From NCBI GenBank assembly GCA_041917795.1, contig JAYRWX010000042.1:44981-108980 (forward strand): DNA of 64,000 nt, read 5' to 3'. The notes beneath the pieces were generated by a model, which worked only from the letters and a program-made list of their open reading frames with translations, was not told the origin of the DNA and searched no databases. This document shows, piece by piece, positions 18,199 to 27,168 of the stretch; the first letter of the stretch is position 1; each line of letters begins with the position of its first letter. The DNA is from Verrucomicrobiales bacterium (lineage in GTDB: Bacteria; Verrucomicrobiota; Verrucomicrobiia; Verrucomicrobiales; DEV007). Both the position numbers and the translations under genes were made by a program.

Positions 18199-19397
18199 TC
18201 CGGTGCCTCCACCGAGACGCAGGCGAGTTGCCCGGCGGCGTTGCGGCAATAGATGCGTCCGTTCGCCAGGGTCGGAGCGGTCCAGCATTTGCCGTCCATG
18301 ATCTGTTGGCGGAGGCGCGGTTTGAATCCCGCGGGATCGGCGTCGAAGAGGGTCAGCATGCCATTGTCGAAAACGATCACCGTCTTGCCGGCGGCGATGA
18401 GCCCGCCGCTGCCGAAGCCGGGTTCGCTCCAGACGATCTTGCCGGTGGCGGCATCGACGCAGGTGAGCTCGGTGGGGCGGTGGGTGGTGCCATGGAGGGA
18501 ATAAACGTGGCCGCCGACGAGGACGCCGGGATTGAAATACCACTTCAGGTCCTTTTGTTCCCAGATCACCTCGGGCTTTTCACCGCGGGGCTCGATCAAC
18601 ACCGCGCCGCTGGCCGAGGAAAGGAGGATGCGGTTGCGGACCAACACCGGGTCGGCGGCATTGACGTCGCGGCTCGAGGTCCAGGGGAACTCGAAGGCCG
18701 CCTTTCCCGTGGCGCCATCGAAGCCGATGAGGCTCTTTGCGGTGAAAAAGAGCCGGTTCGCGGTCGGCCCGCCCGCCTCGTAGGGCACGATGGTGGCGTA
18801 TCCCGGGGTGTCGGGATGGGAGATCCAAAGGGTTTCGCCGGTATTGATGTCGAGCGCCATGCCGCCGCGGCCAACACTGAGCAGCAGCCGTTCGCCATCG
18901 ACGAAGGGAGAACCGGCAAAGCTCCACTCGGGGAGCTTCACCTGATGATCGGTCACGAGATCGCGGCTCCATTCCACCTTTCCCGATTTCAGGTGGATGC
19001 GATGGACATGGCCCTTTTTGCTCAGGGTGAATACCGCATCGCCCGAAACGGTGGGCGTGGCGCCGGGGCCACCTTCGTAATAGAGCGGGTCGAGCGGGCA
19101 GGGATAGGATCGCGACCAGCGTTCCCGGCCCCGGTCGACCGAGAGGCACCAGACCGTGTCCTGTTCGGCACCTGACAGGGTTCGGTTGCCCATGGTGAGG
19201 ACACGATCATCGGCGACGACGACGCTGCTGAAGCCGGTGCCGACCTCGGCGCGCCACAGCACGGGCAGCTCGGCGGGCAGATTGGCCGGAATCGTCTCGC
19301 TGCTGATGCCGTCGTAGGCCGGGCCACGCCATTGCGGCCAGTCCGCGGCCTTTAGAAACGGTGAAAGGAAGAGCAAGGCGATGAAGAGGGGTTTCAT
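18192..19397 (-). CDS. PQQ-like beta-propeller repeat protein (BamB/PQQ_2-like), exported
   Basis: MKPLFIALLFLSPFLKAADWPQWRGPAYDG is a typical N-terminus for this family. Repeated W/G beta-propeller blades follow. The start is set at the ATG at 19395-19397. Confidence 0.8.
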   Translation of the reverse strand: MKPLFIALLFLSPFLKAADWPQWRGPAYDGISSETIPANLPAELPVLWRAEVGTGFSSVVVADDRVLTMGNRTLSGAEQDTVWCLSVDRGRERWSRSYPCPLDPLYYEGGPGATPTVSGDAVFTLSKKGHVHRIHLKSGKVEWSRDLVTDHQVKLPEWSFAGSPFVDGERLLLSVGRGGMALDINTGETLWISHPDTPGYATIVPYEAGGPTANRLFFTAKSLIGFDGATGKAAFEFPWTSSRDVNAADPVLVRNRILLSSASGAVLIEPRGEKPEVIWEQKDLKWYFNPGVLVGGHVYSLHGTTHRPTELTCVDAATGKIVWSEPGFGSGGLIAAGKTVIVFDNGMLTLFDADPAGFKPRLRQQIMDGKCWTAPTLANGRIYCRNAAGQLACVSVEAPDQ

Positions 19398-19457
19398 GCG
19401 AGCCGTGATTCTCGCCCGGAAGCTCCCCGGCTTCAACGCCCGCTTTCCGGTGTCGGA

Positions 19458-21665
19458 TCAGACCGGTCGCAGCCGGAAGTAGACCGTGGCCAGCGGCGGC
19501 ACATCGACCTGGATCGAGTGCGGGCGACCGTGGGCATCCTGCTCGCGGGCGGGGATGCCGCCGGCCGAGCCGACGTTGGAACCGCCGTAGAGCGAGGAAT
19601 CGGTGTTGAGGATCTCCTCGTAAAAACCGCCGTTCGGGACACCGAGGCGGAAGCCGGGACGCGGCACGGGAGTGGCGTTGACGATGACGACGATGGTCTC
19701 TCCCCCGCGGCTGCGCCGGATGAAGGAAAAGAGGCTGTGCTTCGCGTCGTTGTGATCGATCCACTCGAATCCACCGGGCTCGTGGTCGAGTTCGTAGAGG
19801 GAGGCTTCGCTGGTGTAGAGCCGGTTCAGGTCGCGGACGAGGCGCTGGATCCCCTGGTGCTCGGGGAACTCCAGCAGGTGCCAGGGCAGGGAATGGCCAT
19901 GGGCCCACTCCTCGGACTGCCCGAAATCGAGACCTTGGAACAGCAGCTTCTTGCCGGGATGCGCGAACATCCACGCGAAGAACATCCGCACGTTCGCCAT
20001 CTGCTGCCAGCGGTCGCCGGGCATCTTCTGCACGATCGAGCCTTTGCCATGGACGACCTCGTCGTGGCTCAGCACGAGGATGTAGCTCTCGTGATAGGCA
20101 TAGATCATCGAGAAGGTCGCCTTGCCGTGGTGGTACTTCCGGTGGACCGGCTCCTGGCTCATGTAGGAGAGCGAGTCGTTCATCCAGCCCATGTTCCACT
20201 TGAAGCCGAAACCGAGACCACCCGTGTCGACCGGCTTGGAGACGCCGGGGAAGGCGGTCGATTCCTCGGCGATCACCATGATGCCCGGATTCTCCTCGTA
20301 GCAGATCTGGTTGAGCTGTTTCAGAAAGGCGATGGCCTCCAGGTTCTCGCGGCCGCCATATTGGTTCGGGATCCACTGCCCGTGCTGCCGCGAATAGTCG
20401 AGGTAGAGCATCGAGGCCACCGCATCGACGCGGAGCCCGTCGATGTGGTATTCCTGCAGCCAGAACATCGCGTTGCTGATCAGGAAATTCCGCACCTCGT
20501 TGCGGCCGTAGTTGAAAATCAGGGTGCCCCAGTCGGCGTGCTCGCCCTGGCGGGGGTCGGCGTGTTCATAAAGGGCGGTGCCGTCGAAGCGGGCGAGACC
20601 GTGCGCATCCTTGGGAAAGTGGGCCGGCACCCAGTCGAGGATGATGCCGATGCCGCGCTGGTGGCAGCGATCGACAAAGGTGCGGAATTCGTCGGGCGTG
20701 CCGAATCGGCTCGTCGGCGCGAAATAACCACAGCCCTGGTAGCCCCAGGATCCGTCGAAGGGATACTCCGCCACCGGCATCAGCTCGATGTGCGTGTAGC
20801 CCATGTCGGCGACGTATTCCACCAGGTCCTCGGCGAGCTCAAGGTAGCTGAAAAAGCGCCCGTCCTCCTCGTAATGGCGTTTCCACGAGCCGAGATGCAC
20901 CTCGTAGATCGACATGGGGCGGTGATAGAGGTCGCAGGCGGCGCGCTTTTGCATCCACTCTCCGTCGTTCCACTGATAGCGGCCGATGTCGTAGATGATG
21001 CTGGCGGTGGCAGTGCCGTGCTGGGAGAAAAAGGCGAAGGGATCGCTCTTCACGAAGAGGTTCCCGTCCGCACCCACGATCTCGAATTTGTAGTGGTCGC
21101 CGGTGTGGAGATGCGGCAGGAAGATCTCCCAGATCCCGTTGTGGTTGCGCATCGGGTGGACCCGCCCATCCCAGCCGTTGAAGTCACCGACCACGCTGAC
21201 CCGGCGCGCGTTCGGCGCCCAGACCGCGAAGGTCACGCCGTCGATCCCGCCGCATTGTTTGGGATGCGCCCCCATCGCCTTCCAGAGCCGGCGGTGGGTG
21301 CCCTCGCCGACAAAATAGACGTCCTGCTCGCCCAACACCGGGCCGAAGGAATAGGGATCGACCAGCGGCTCGGTCACCGTCTCGCCGAATTGGAAAATCA
21401 AGCGGTAGCCGAAGGGACCGTCCCGGTCGGGCAGCACGAGCTCGTAGAAACCATCGCGGTGGAGCTCGGACATCTCCAGCGTCTCACCGCCCTCGACCTG
21501 CACCTTCACGCCCGCGCTGTAGGGGCGGAAGACCCGCAGCACCATGCCCGGCCCGCCGGGATTCCGGTGCAGTCCGAGGAAGGAAAAAGGATCGCGATGA
21601 GAGGCCGAAACGATCTGGGTGACCTCCTGGGGGTTGGAGGTGCAAGTGCTTGGGGATGATGCCAT
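19458..21665 (-). CDS. glgB: 1,4-alpha-glucan branching enzyme
   Basis: It is 735 aa long and has [50 protein letters not shown] and [10 protein letters not shown], which are the GH13 conserved regions of GlgB. Confidence 0.95.
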   Translation of the reverse strand: MASSPSTCTSNPQEVTQIVSASHRDPFSFLGLHRNPGGPGMVLRVFRPYSAGVKVQVEGGETLEMSELHRDGFYELVLPDRDGPFGYRLIFQFGETVTEPLVDPYSFGPVLGEQDVYFVGEGTHRRLWKAMGAHPKQCGGIDGVTFAVWAPNARRVSVVGDFNGWDGRVHPMRNHNGIWEIFLPHLHTGDHYKFEIVGADGNLFVKSDPFAFFSQHGTATASIIYDIGRYQWNDGEWMQKRAACDLYHRPMSIYEVHLGSWKRHYEEDGRFFSYLELAEDLVEYVADMGYTHIELMPVAEYPFDGSWGYQGCGYFAPTSRFGTPDEFRTFVDRCHQRGIGIILDWVPAHFPKDAHGLARFDGTALYEHADPRQGEHADWGTLIFNYGRNEVRNFLISNAMFWLQEYHIDGLRVDAVASMLYLDYSRQHGQWIPNQYGGRENLEAIAFLKQLNQICYEENPGIMVIAEESTAFPGVSKPVDTGGLGFGFKWNMGWMNDSLSYMSQEPVHRKYHHGKATFSMIYAYHESYILVLSHDEVVHGKGSIVQKMPGDRWQQMANVRMFFAWMFAHPGKKLLFQGLDFGQSEEWAHGHSLPWHLLEFPEHQGIQRLVRDLNRLYTSEASLYELDHEPGGFEWIDHNDAKHSLFSFIRRSRGGETIVVIVNATPVPRPGFRLGVPNGGFYEEILNTDSSLYGGSNVGSAGGIPAREQDAHGRPHSIQVDVPPLATVYFRLRPV

Positions 21666-21736
21666 CGCGGAGGAGTCTAGAGCAAAAAGTGAGATTTCGA
21701 AAGCGGGGTTCCGCGAATCGGGTAGCTTGGCTTAGC

Positions 21737-22978
21737 ATGTTCAGTGCCATGTCCCGGATTCCCCCCCGCTTTCATCCCGTCCCCTTCGCTTACCATCAGG
21801 AAGTTGAACTCGAAATCGAGTCGCTAACCAACCTCGGAAAGGGCGTCGGTCGACACGGCGACTGGGTCGTTTTCGTTTCGCATGCCCTGCCCGGCGAGCG
21901 CGTCGTCGCCCGCATTTTCCGCAACAGCCCCACCTACTCCGAGGCCGACCTCGCCGCCGTGATCCGGCCCTCCGAAAACCGGGTCGAGCCCCACTGCCCG
22001 CTCTTCGGCGAATGCGGCGGCTGCCAGTACCAGAACCTCGCCTACCCCGCCCAACTCGAGTGGAAACAGCGCCAGGTCGCCGAGCTGCTCCAGCGCATGG
22101 CCGGGATCGAGCATCCCGTCGCGCCGGTCATCCCCTCGCCCGTGCTCTACGGCTACCGGTCGAAGATCACCCCCCATTTCCAGAAGCCCGAAGGGGGAAA
22201 GATCGGCCCCATCGGCTTTCTCCGCGAAGGCCGCCGCCAGGAGATCCTCGACGTGCCGCGCTGCCCCATCGCCTCGGACTCCATCAACACCGAACTCGAA
22301 AAAGTCCGCCGCGAGGTCCGGGCCAACGCCCGCGCCTACAAGAAAGGCGCCACCCTGCTGCTGCGCGACTCGCGCGACGGCCGCGTCCGCACCGACCCCA
22401 CCGAGATGTGCGAGGAGCAGGTCGGCGACCTCGTCTTTTCCTTCCACGCCGGCGAGTTCTTCCAGAACAATCCCCACATCCTGCCCGCCTTCGCCGGCCA
22501 TGTCACCACCGAGGCCCGCGCCGGCGGTGCCCGCTACCTCGTCGACGCCTATTGCGGGTCCGGACTTTTTTGTCTCAGCGCCGCCTCCGACTTCACCGAG
22601 ACCCTCGGCATCGAGATCAGCGCCTCCTCCGTCGACTGGGCGAATCGCAACGCCAGGGACAACGGCATTGCAAATTGTCGATTCCTCCAGGGCGATGCCG
22701 CCGACCTCTTCGCCGGAGTCACCTTCCCCGCCTCCGAGACCGCGGTCGTCATCGATCCGCCGCGAAAGGGGAGCAGTCCCGATTTCCTGCGGCAGCTCGT
22801 CGCCTTCCGACCGCAGCGCATCGTCTATGTCAGCTGCGATCCCGCCACCCAGATCCGGGATTTGGAACACCTCCGCGACGACTACGAGATCCTGACCATC
22901 CAACCCTTCGACCTCTTTCCGCAAACCCGGCATTTGGAGGTGGTGGTGACCTTGGGGGCGAAGGCCGCGGTGGCGTGA
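21737..22978 (+). CDS. 23S rRNA/tRNA (uracil-C5)-methyltransferase, RlmD/TrmA family (TRAM + 4Fe-4S + SAM MTase)
   Basis: It has a TRAM-like N-terminus, the Cys cluster CPLFGECGGCQYQ, DAYCGSGLF (SAM motif I), and DPPRKG...YVSCDPAT. The start is set at the ATG at 21737. Confidence 0.85.
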   Translation: MFSAMSRIPPRFHPVPFAYHQEVELEIESLTNLGKGVGRHGDWVVFVSHALPGERVVARIFRNSPTYSEADLAAVIRPSENRVEPHCPLFGECGGCQYQNLAYPAQLEWKQRQVAELLQRMAGIEHPVAPVIPSPVLYGYRSKITPHFQKPEGGKIGPIGFLREGRRQEILDVPRCPIASDSINTELEKVRREVRANARAYKKGATLLLRDSRDGRVRTDPTEMCEEQVGDLVFSFHAGEFFQNNPHILPAFAGHVTTEARAGGARYLVDAYCGSGLFCLSAASDFTETLGIEISASSVDWANRNARDNGIANCRFLQGDAADLFAGVTFPASETAVVIDPPRKGSSPDFLRQLVAFRPQRIVYVSCDPATQIRDLEHLRDDYEILTIQPFDLFPQTRHLEVVVTLGAKAAVA

Positions 22979-23468
22979 GACACCAGTGGCCCCGGAGGGG
23001 CCCGAGAAGGTAGTGTTGGAGCGTAGCGGAACCACCGGACCACCGGACCACCACCCGGAAACGAATACCCGCCCCGGAGGGGCGGAAGAATCGGCCCGCA
23101 TCACCAGAGGCCCCGGAGGGGCCCGAGAAGGTAGCCGGTGGTGAAGCGCAGCGGAACCACCGGACCACCGGACCACCACCCGGAAACGAATACCCCGCCC
23201 CGGAGGGGCGGAAGAATCGGCCCGCATCACCAGAGGCCCCGGAGGGGCCAAAGAAGGTAGCCGGTGGTGAAGCGTCGCGGAACCACCGGACCACCGCCCG
23301 GAAACGAATACCCGCCCCGGAGGGGCGGAAGAATCGGCCCACATCACCAGAGGCCCCGGAGGGGCCCGAGAAGGTAGCCGGTGGTGAAGCGCAGCGGAAC
23401 CACCGGACCACCGGACCACCACCCGGAAACGAACACCCCGCCCCGGAGGGGCGGAAGAATCGGCCCGC
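22979..23468. repeat. tandem array of four ~117-126-bp composite REP-like units (periods 121, 126, 117 and 126 bp, measured between CACCAG landmarks)
   Basis: Each unit contains three hairpins. They are GGCCCC-gga-GGGGCC, CCGGTGGT-(13 nt)-ACCACCGG and CGCCCC-gga-GGGGCG. Each unit also has a CACCGGAC micro-repeat that is present twice in units 1, 2 and 4 and once in unit 3. A fifth unit begins at 23469 (ATCACCAGAG) and merges into the 3-prime end of the transposase gene. Confidence 0.9.
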
Positions 23469-23469
23469 A

Positions 23470-23916
23470 TCACCAGAGCCACTTCTCCTCGAACTCCACC
23501 ATCCCGCGCTTCAGAAACTCCAAATACTCCTCCTGAAAAGTTTTTGTCCGATGATGCGCCTCCTGAGTCAGGATGTAGGCCCTCGCGCTTTCAATTCCGG
23601 ACGCTCCGAGGGTGAAGGCGCCGTAGCCCTCCTGCCACGCGAATCCCTGCCAGCCGAGCTCTCTCCGGACCCAGGCCGATGATTCGCTCTTCAACTCCCG
23701 CAAGACTTTCGCGAGACGATGGGTCGGCTTCAATCCTGCGAGCACATGGACGTGGTCGCCGGTTCCGCCGACGGCGTGGGCAAGTCCGTCCAGTCCGCGA
23801 ATCGTGCCTCCGAGATATTCATGAACCCGCGAACGGGTTTCGGGTCCCAGCCAGGGCTCGCGATGTTTCGTGGAGAATACCAGATGGTAGTGCAGCGAGG
23901 TGTGCGTTGACGGCAT
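23470..23916 (-). CDS. IS200/IS605-family Y1 (HUH) transposase, REP-associated (RayT-like)
   Basis: MPSTHTSLHYHLVFSTKHREPWL... carries the HUH motif DHVHVL and the catalytic-Tyr motif AYILTQ. It is 148 aa from the ATG at 23914-23916. There is no tnpB partner, and REP-like units flank it in inverted orientation. Confidence 0.85.
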   Translation of the reverse strand: MPSTHTSLHYHLVFSTKHREPWLGPETRSRVHEYLGGTIRGLDGLAHAVGGTGDHVHVLAGLKPTHRLAKVLRELKSESSAWVRRELGWQGFAWQEGYGAFTLGASGIESARAYILTQEAHHRTKTFQEEYLEFLKRGMVEFEEKWLW

Positions 23917-23930
23917 TCGGGACGCTTCTC

Positions 23931-24025
23931 GCGCCCCTTCCGGGGCGCAACCGCTTCTTTGTGGCGTGGACCGGTGGTTCCGCTGCGCTCCACCACCGGC
24001 TACCTTCTTTCGTCCCTCCGGGACG
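23931..24025. repeat. single inverted REP-like unit upstream of the RayT-like gene
   Basis: The reverse complement of 23955-24025 aligns by eye with the array unit (CGTCCCGGAGGGACG...GAAGGTAGCCGGTGGTGGAGCGCAGCGGAACCACCGGTCC). Confidence 0.8.
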
Positions 24026-24257
24026 GTTCGCTGCGATGCCAGCATCCGCATGGAGTCTGGACATTTCCAACTCCTGCGGATCGAGCAGGGTTACCGTGTT
24101 GAATGACGATTTTGTCCCGCACCCATCGACGACGGTCTGCCAGGAAAATCCTTGTCAGGACGCGGGTTTTTTACGATTCTCCGGGGAAGTTCCTTCGGTG
24201 ATGTTGTTTGGCGGAGGGATTTGGAGCAAGAACTTTTGGAGCAAACAAATACGGAAA

Positions 24258-25160
24258 ATGCCCGAGAACGGAATTCGAAGCACATACTCTCAAAGCCCGT
24301 TCCAAATTCACATGTGTGATGATGAAGGTGTGATATCGACAGGTTCGGCCTTCTTATACGATTTTGAAGGCGACACGTTCATCATTACGAATTGGCACAA
24401 TTTTAGTGGACGGCACTTCTTGACCCGAGAGCCACTTTGTAAATCTCGCAGAACTTTTCCGCTCTTCATCAACGCAAAACTCGCCTCATTCATATTTAAA
24501 GGCGAGACTTTGGCAAACGGATCGTTCACCACTGCTGCAACACGTGTGGAAATATTCTGCGACCGCGAACCACTTTGGTATGAGCATCCGATTTTAGGAT
24601 CTAAGTGCGACCTGGTAGCGCTCCCCTTTCAGCGCCCAGATACGTGCCCGGAATTCATGAATACTCCGGTCAACAAAATTAGCAGAGATAGAATACCAAT
24701 TGAGCCGGGGGGTGTGGTGTTCATAATTGGATTTCCAAAGTCGATAAGTGTTGGGATAGGACTTCCAATTTGGAAGTCTGGTTATATCGCTTCTGAGCCG
24801 CATTTTGGAGTCACAATTGATGGTGAAATTTGCTCATACGGAGGGCTCGCCGGCGGAACGAATTTACCGGCATTTTTCATCGATTCGCTAACACGCGAGG
24901 GAATGTCGGGATCCCCCGTATTTGCTAAATATACCGGGGCTTGGGACCAGAGTGATCCGTACGCGGGGCTTGATTTCGATTCACCAGAGTTTTGGAAACG
25001 AAATGACGTTGTTCTTGGCGGCTCGGGAATGGAATTTATTGGGTGTTACAGCGGTCGAATAGGAGCTCGCGAAGAGGGAGCTGCCCTCGGTTTGTGTTGG
25101 CCTGTAAGCGTAATAAATGAGATATGTTCATCGAAATCACGGGCAAGCAACCCTCACTAA
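24258..25160 (+). CDS. trypsin-like (S1/chymotrypsin-fold) serine protease, no signal peptide
   Basis: The catalytic residues appear in canonical H-D-S order: ITNWHNF (His), KCDLVAL (Asp) and TREGMSGSPVF (GxSGxP Ser). The region is AT-richer, for example 26/60 G+C in line 24301-24360. The start is uncertain, with in-frame ATGs at 24201, 24258 and 24312. The ORF-track start at 23679 is antisense to the transposase. Confidence 0.75.
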   Translation: MPENGIRSTYSQSPFQIHMCDDEGVISTGSAFLYDFEGDTFIITNWHNFSGRHFLTREPLCKSRRTFPLFINAKLASFIFKGETLANGSFTTAATRVEIFCDREPLWYEHPILGSKCDLVALPFQRPDTCPEFMNTPVNKISRDRIPIEPGGVVFIIGFPKSISVGIGLPIWKSGYIASEPHFGVTIDGEICSYGGLAGGTNLPAFFIDSLTREGMSGSPVFAKYTGAWDQSDPYAGLDFDSPEFWKRNDVVLGGSGMEFIGCYSGRIGAREEGAALGLCWPVSVINEICSSKSRASNPH

Positions 25161-25424
25161 CAACTCTAACAGGTTGCGTCATGAAGGGGCTTGCACCCCT
25201 GATTCGCCGCGACATCCACCGTCCTCCCTACCCAACAGGGTCAGATCGAACATTCAACCCTGTTGAATCCCGTCCTTGGCCCGGTGTTGCGCCAAATTTC
25301 CACCGGAGTCGGGCGCCATCACCCCGCCCCTCCCGCCCTCCCATCCCGACATCTAGCTAGTCCGCCTCTAAAGAATCCCAAGAAAAGCTTCCTATCGTCG
25401 GGGGATTTTGCTAGACGCGTTTCC

Positions 25425-26000
25425 ATGCCGACGCCGTTGAAATGGAACTCGGGAGTGAAGTGGAATTCGTCCGCACCGGGTGCTGTATGGAATGGCACGG
25501 TCAACCCAATACAAAAAACCATGACCCAAGACCTGATCACCCTCGACATCTCCGCGGCCGACTGGACCGCCATCGACGCCGCCCTGACCGTGCTGGAGGA
25601 AAAACTCGCCCCCAAGCTGCTCGACCTGACCATCGACCAGCGCAAGGAGCTCACCAAGATGGGGAACAAGAGCGAGGCTTTCGCCCGCCAGACCCTGATC
25701 ACCGCCCGGACCAATGTCGGCAAGCTGCCCGCCGATGCCGCCGCCGATCTGACCACCGAGGAGGCCGACCTGGCCGCGCTCGAGGCGCTGCGTCCCCGGC
25801 TTGCCCGCCTGACGGCGCTCGCCGAAAAATCCGACGACACCGAGCTGGCGCTCGGCAGCGACATCATGGTGTTTGCCCTGACCGTCTACCGCATCCTCAA
25901 GGCGGTGGGGGCCGGCGGCGCCCTCGACGAACTGAAAGCCCAGATGGGTGCCCGTTTCCAACGCCGCGCCCAGCGCGACCCCGCCCCACCCTCCGCCTGA
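25425..26000 (+). CDS. hypothetical protein (helical, Ala/Leu/Asp-rich)
   Basis: This is the high-GC part of ORF 25263..26000, and the long overlapping minus-strand ORF looks like a Gly/Arg-rich antisense shadow. Candidate starts are at 25425 (MPTPLKWNSG...) and 25521 (MTQDLITLDIS...). No family was recognised. Confidence 0.5.
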   Translation: MPTPLKWNSGVKWNSSAPGAVWNGTVNPIQKTMTQDLITLDISAADWTAIDAALTVLEEKLAPKLLDLTIDQRKELTKMGNKSEAFARQTLITARTNVGKLPADAAADLTTEEADLAALEALRPRLARLTALAEKSDDTELALGSDIMVFALTVYRILKAVGAGGALDELKAQMGARFQRRAQRDPAPPSA

Positions 26001-26061
26001 TTCCGCGAAGGGGCGTCCGGAGCTCCGGTTCGTGCAAAATGCATTAAACGCAAGCCTCCGG

Positions 26062-26122
26062 CCCTTGCGCGCAAAGCCAAAAGCCACGCCAACGGAGCTC
26101 GGAGCCTTGCGCGCAAAGCCAA
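26062..26122. repeat. 19-bp perfect direct repeat CCTTGCGCGCAAAGCCAAA (26062-26080 and 26104-26122), each copy containing the 10-bp palindrome TTGCGCGCAA
   Basis: Read directly from the sequence. The copies are 42 bp apart start to start, in the gap between the two small ORFs. Confidence 0.85.
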
Positions 26123-26216
26123 AGATTCTCTGACTTCCGAGTTGCCTCCGATTCTCTCCGGCGATCTCCGCTGCGCCCCGATTCCGACTCCTGACTCCTA
26201 CCCCCCATCTCCGACC

Positions 26217-26489
26217 ATGTCCTTCGACCCCAATCTGCCCCAGGAAGGCACCGACCTCGATGCCGCCGAAATGCGGAGCCAACTGAACGGCCTCCGCGAA
26301 CTGATCGACGCCGTCCCCGGCGAGGTGACCAACGCCCAACTCGCCGCGGCGATCTTCGGGACGAGCAACAACAGCAATAGCGTCGCCACCCTCGACACCG
26401 CCCCGAACAATCCGCCGACGGTGGATGATTTCGAGATGATGCGCGGCAAGCTGAACGAACTGATCCTCGCGCTGCGGAGGAATCCTTAG
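26217..26489 (+). CDS. small hypothetical protein (90 aa)
   Basis: MSFDPNLPQEGTDLDAAEMRSQLNGLRELIDAVPGEV... The start is set at the ATG at 26217, which is codon 26 of ORF 26142..26489. No family was recognised. Confidence 0.45.
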   Translation: MSFDPNLPQEGTDLDAAEMRSQLNGLRELIDAVPGEVTNAQLAAAIFGTSNNSNSVATLDTAPNNPPTVDDFEMMRGKLNELILALRRNP

Positions 26490-26687
26490 CGCGCGCGGTC
26501 TGGGGCGGTTGGTGCTTGGTGCTTCGTCCTTCCACCGGCGGTCGGGGCTCGGTGGAGCGATGAGATCACCGGCTGGGTCGGCTCCAACGAGACTTTCGGC
26601 TTGATGGTGGTAGCGGGAGCGGGCAGGATTCGATTCGCCCACACTTTGGTGTGACTAAACAACGTTAGGCTGAATACTTAAATCATT

Positions 26688-27086
26688 ATGAGTCTTAATC
26701 CTCTCACCCTTCTCGAAAAGGCTATCAACGAACACGGTAGTTCCGTCATCCTTAAGGAACGCCTCGGTCTTGCTGCCGATCAGTTCAAGCAACTCGAGAA
26801 GGAAAATGGGGAACTTAAGAAGGAGAATGATGACCTTCGTGCAAAACTGGCCGAACTTACAGCCAAGCTTGAAGCCCAAACGATTCCCGAAAATTACATT
26901 AAGAAGAGGGGAGTCCTTTTCCTGCGGAACCCTGACGGGAAGATTGATCCTGACGCTTACTGTCCTACCTGCAAGTCTTCCATGTTCAGCCTCATGGGGG
27001 CGACACCGTTGAAATGTAAAAAATGCGGCGAGGTCGCTGGGATCACGGGGGCCGAAATTCCTGACATCATTGCTGCCATCCAATGA
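26688..27086 (+). CDS. coiled-coil plus C-terminal zinc-ribbon protein (132 aa)
   Basis: The heptad-rich segment is QFKQLEKENGELKKENDDLRAKLAELTAKLEA. It is followed by CPTC-(15 aa)-CKKC. The region is AT-richer, at 30/60 G+C in line 26761-26820. Confidence 0.65.
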   Translation: MSLNPLTLLEKAINEHGSSVILKERLGLAADQFKQLEKENGELKKENDDLRAKLAELTAKLEAQTIPENYIKKRGVLFLRNPDGKIDPDAYCPTCKSSMFSLMGATPLKCKKCGEVAGITGAEIPDIIAAIQ

Positions 27087-27168
27087 CCCCGCCGAACAAG
27101 ACGGCGGACTCAAGGGCTTACAGCCCTGAGTCGCTCGACGTTAACTGAAAACACTTTCCTGAAGCTGT

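Larger units (their letters stand above)
22979..24025 (-). mobile_element. RayT-type transposase locus with flanking REP-like units
   Basis: Four direct units lie 3-prime of the gene, and one inverted unit lies 5-prime of it at 23931-24025. That inverted unit contains GCGCCCC-ttcc-GGGGCGC and the reverse complement of GAAGGTAGCCGGTGGTG.AGCGCAGCGGAACCACCGG. Confidence 0.75.

Noticed and set aside
22979-23468. A possible CRISPR array, given regularly spaced GC-rich palindromes.
   Set aside because: The ~120-bp units are contiguous and nearly identical over their whole length, so there are no unique spacers. No cas genes are present. A Y1 transposase sits adjacent, so a REP/RayT interpretation fits better.
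21824-23482. A 552-aa minus-strand ORF whose product contains a striking repeated peptide (…SGGSAALHHRLPSRAPPGPLVMRADSSAPPGRG…).
   Set aside because: The repeated peptide is simply the translation of the REP-like DNA array (22979-23468). The remainder of the ORF is antisense to the well-supported rlmD-like gene. The repeat units are hairpin-rich non-coding DNA.
23679-24257. The upstream part of ORF 23679..25160, which would give a 493-aa protease.
   Set aside because: This part is antisense to the RayT-like gene and crosses the inverted REP unit. Composition and coding character change sharply at about 24090, and the protease homology starts after the internal ATGs.
25425-26489. The two small ORFs as phage structural or prophage remnants.
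   Set aside because: No capsid, tail, terminase, integrase or lysis genes occur anywhere nearby, and I cannot tie either sequence to a phage protein family by eye.
25392-26642. A 416-aa minus-strand ORF spanning the centre of the accessory segment.
   Set aside because: It has the Gly/Arg/Val-rich, motif-less composition typical of an antisense shadow, and the plus-strand ORFs have more protein-like sequences. Confidence in the plus-strand calls is itself only moderate.
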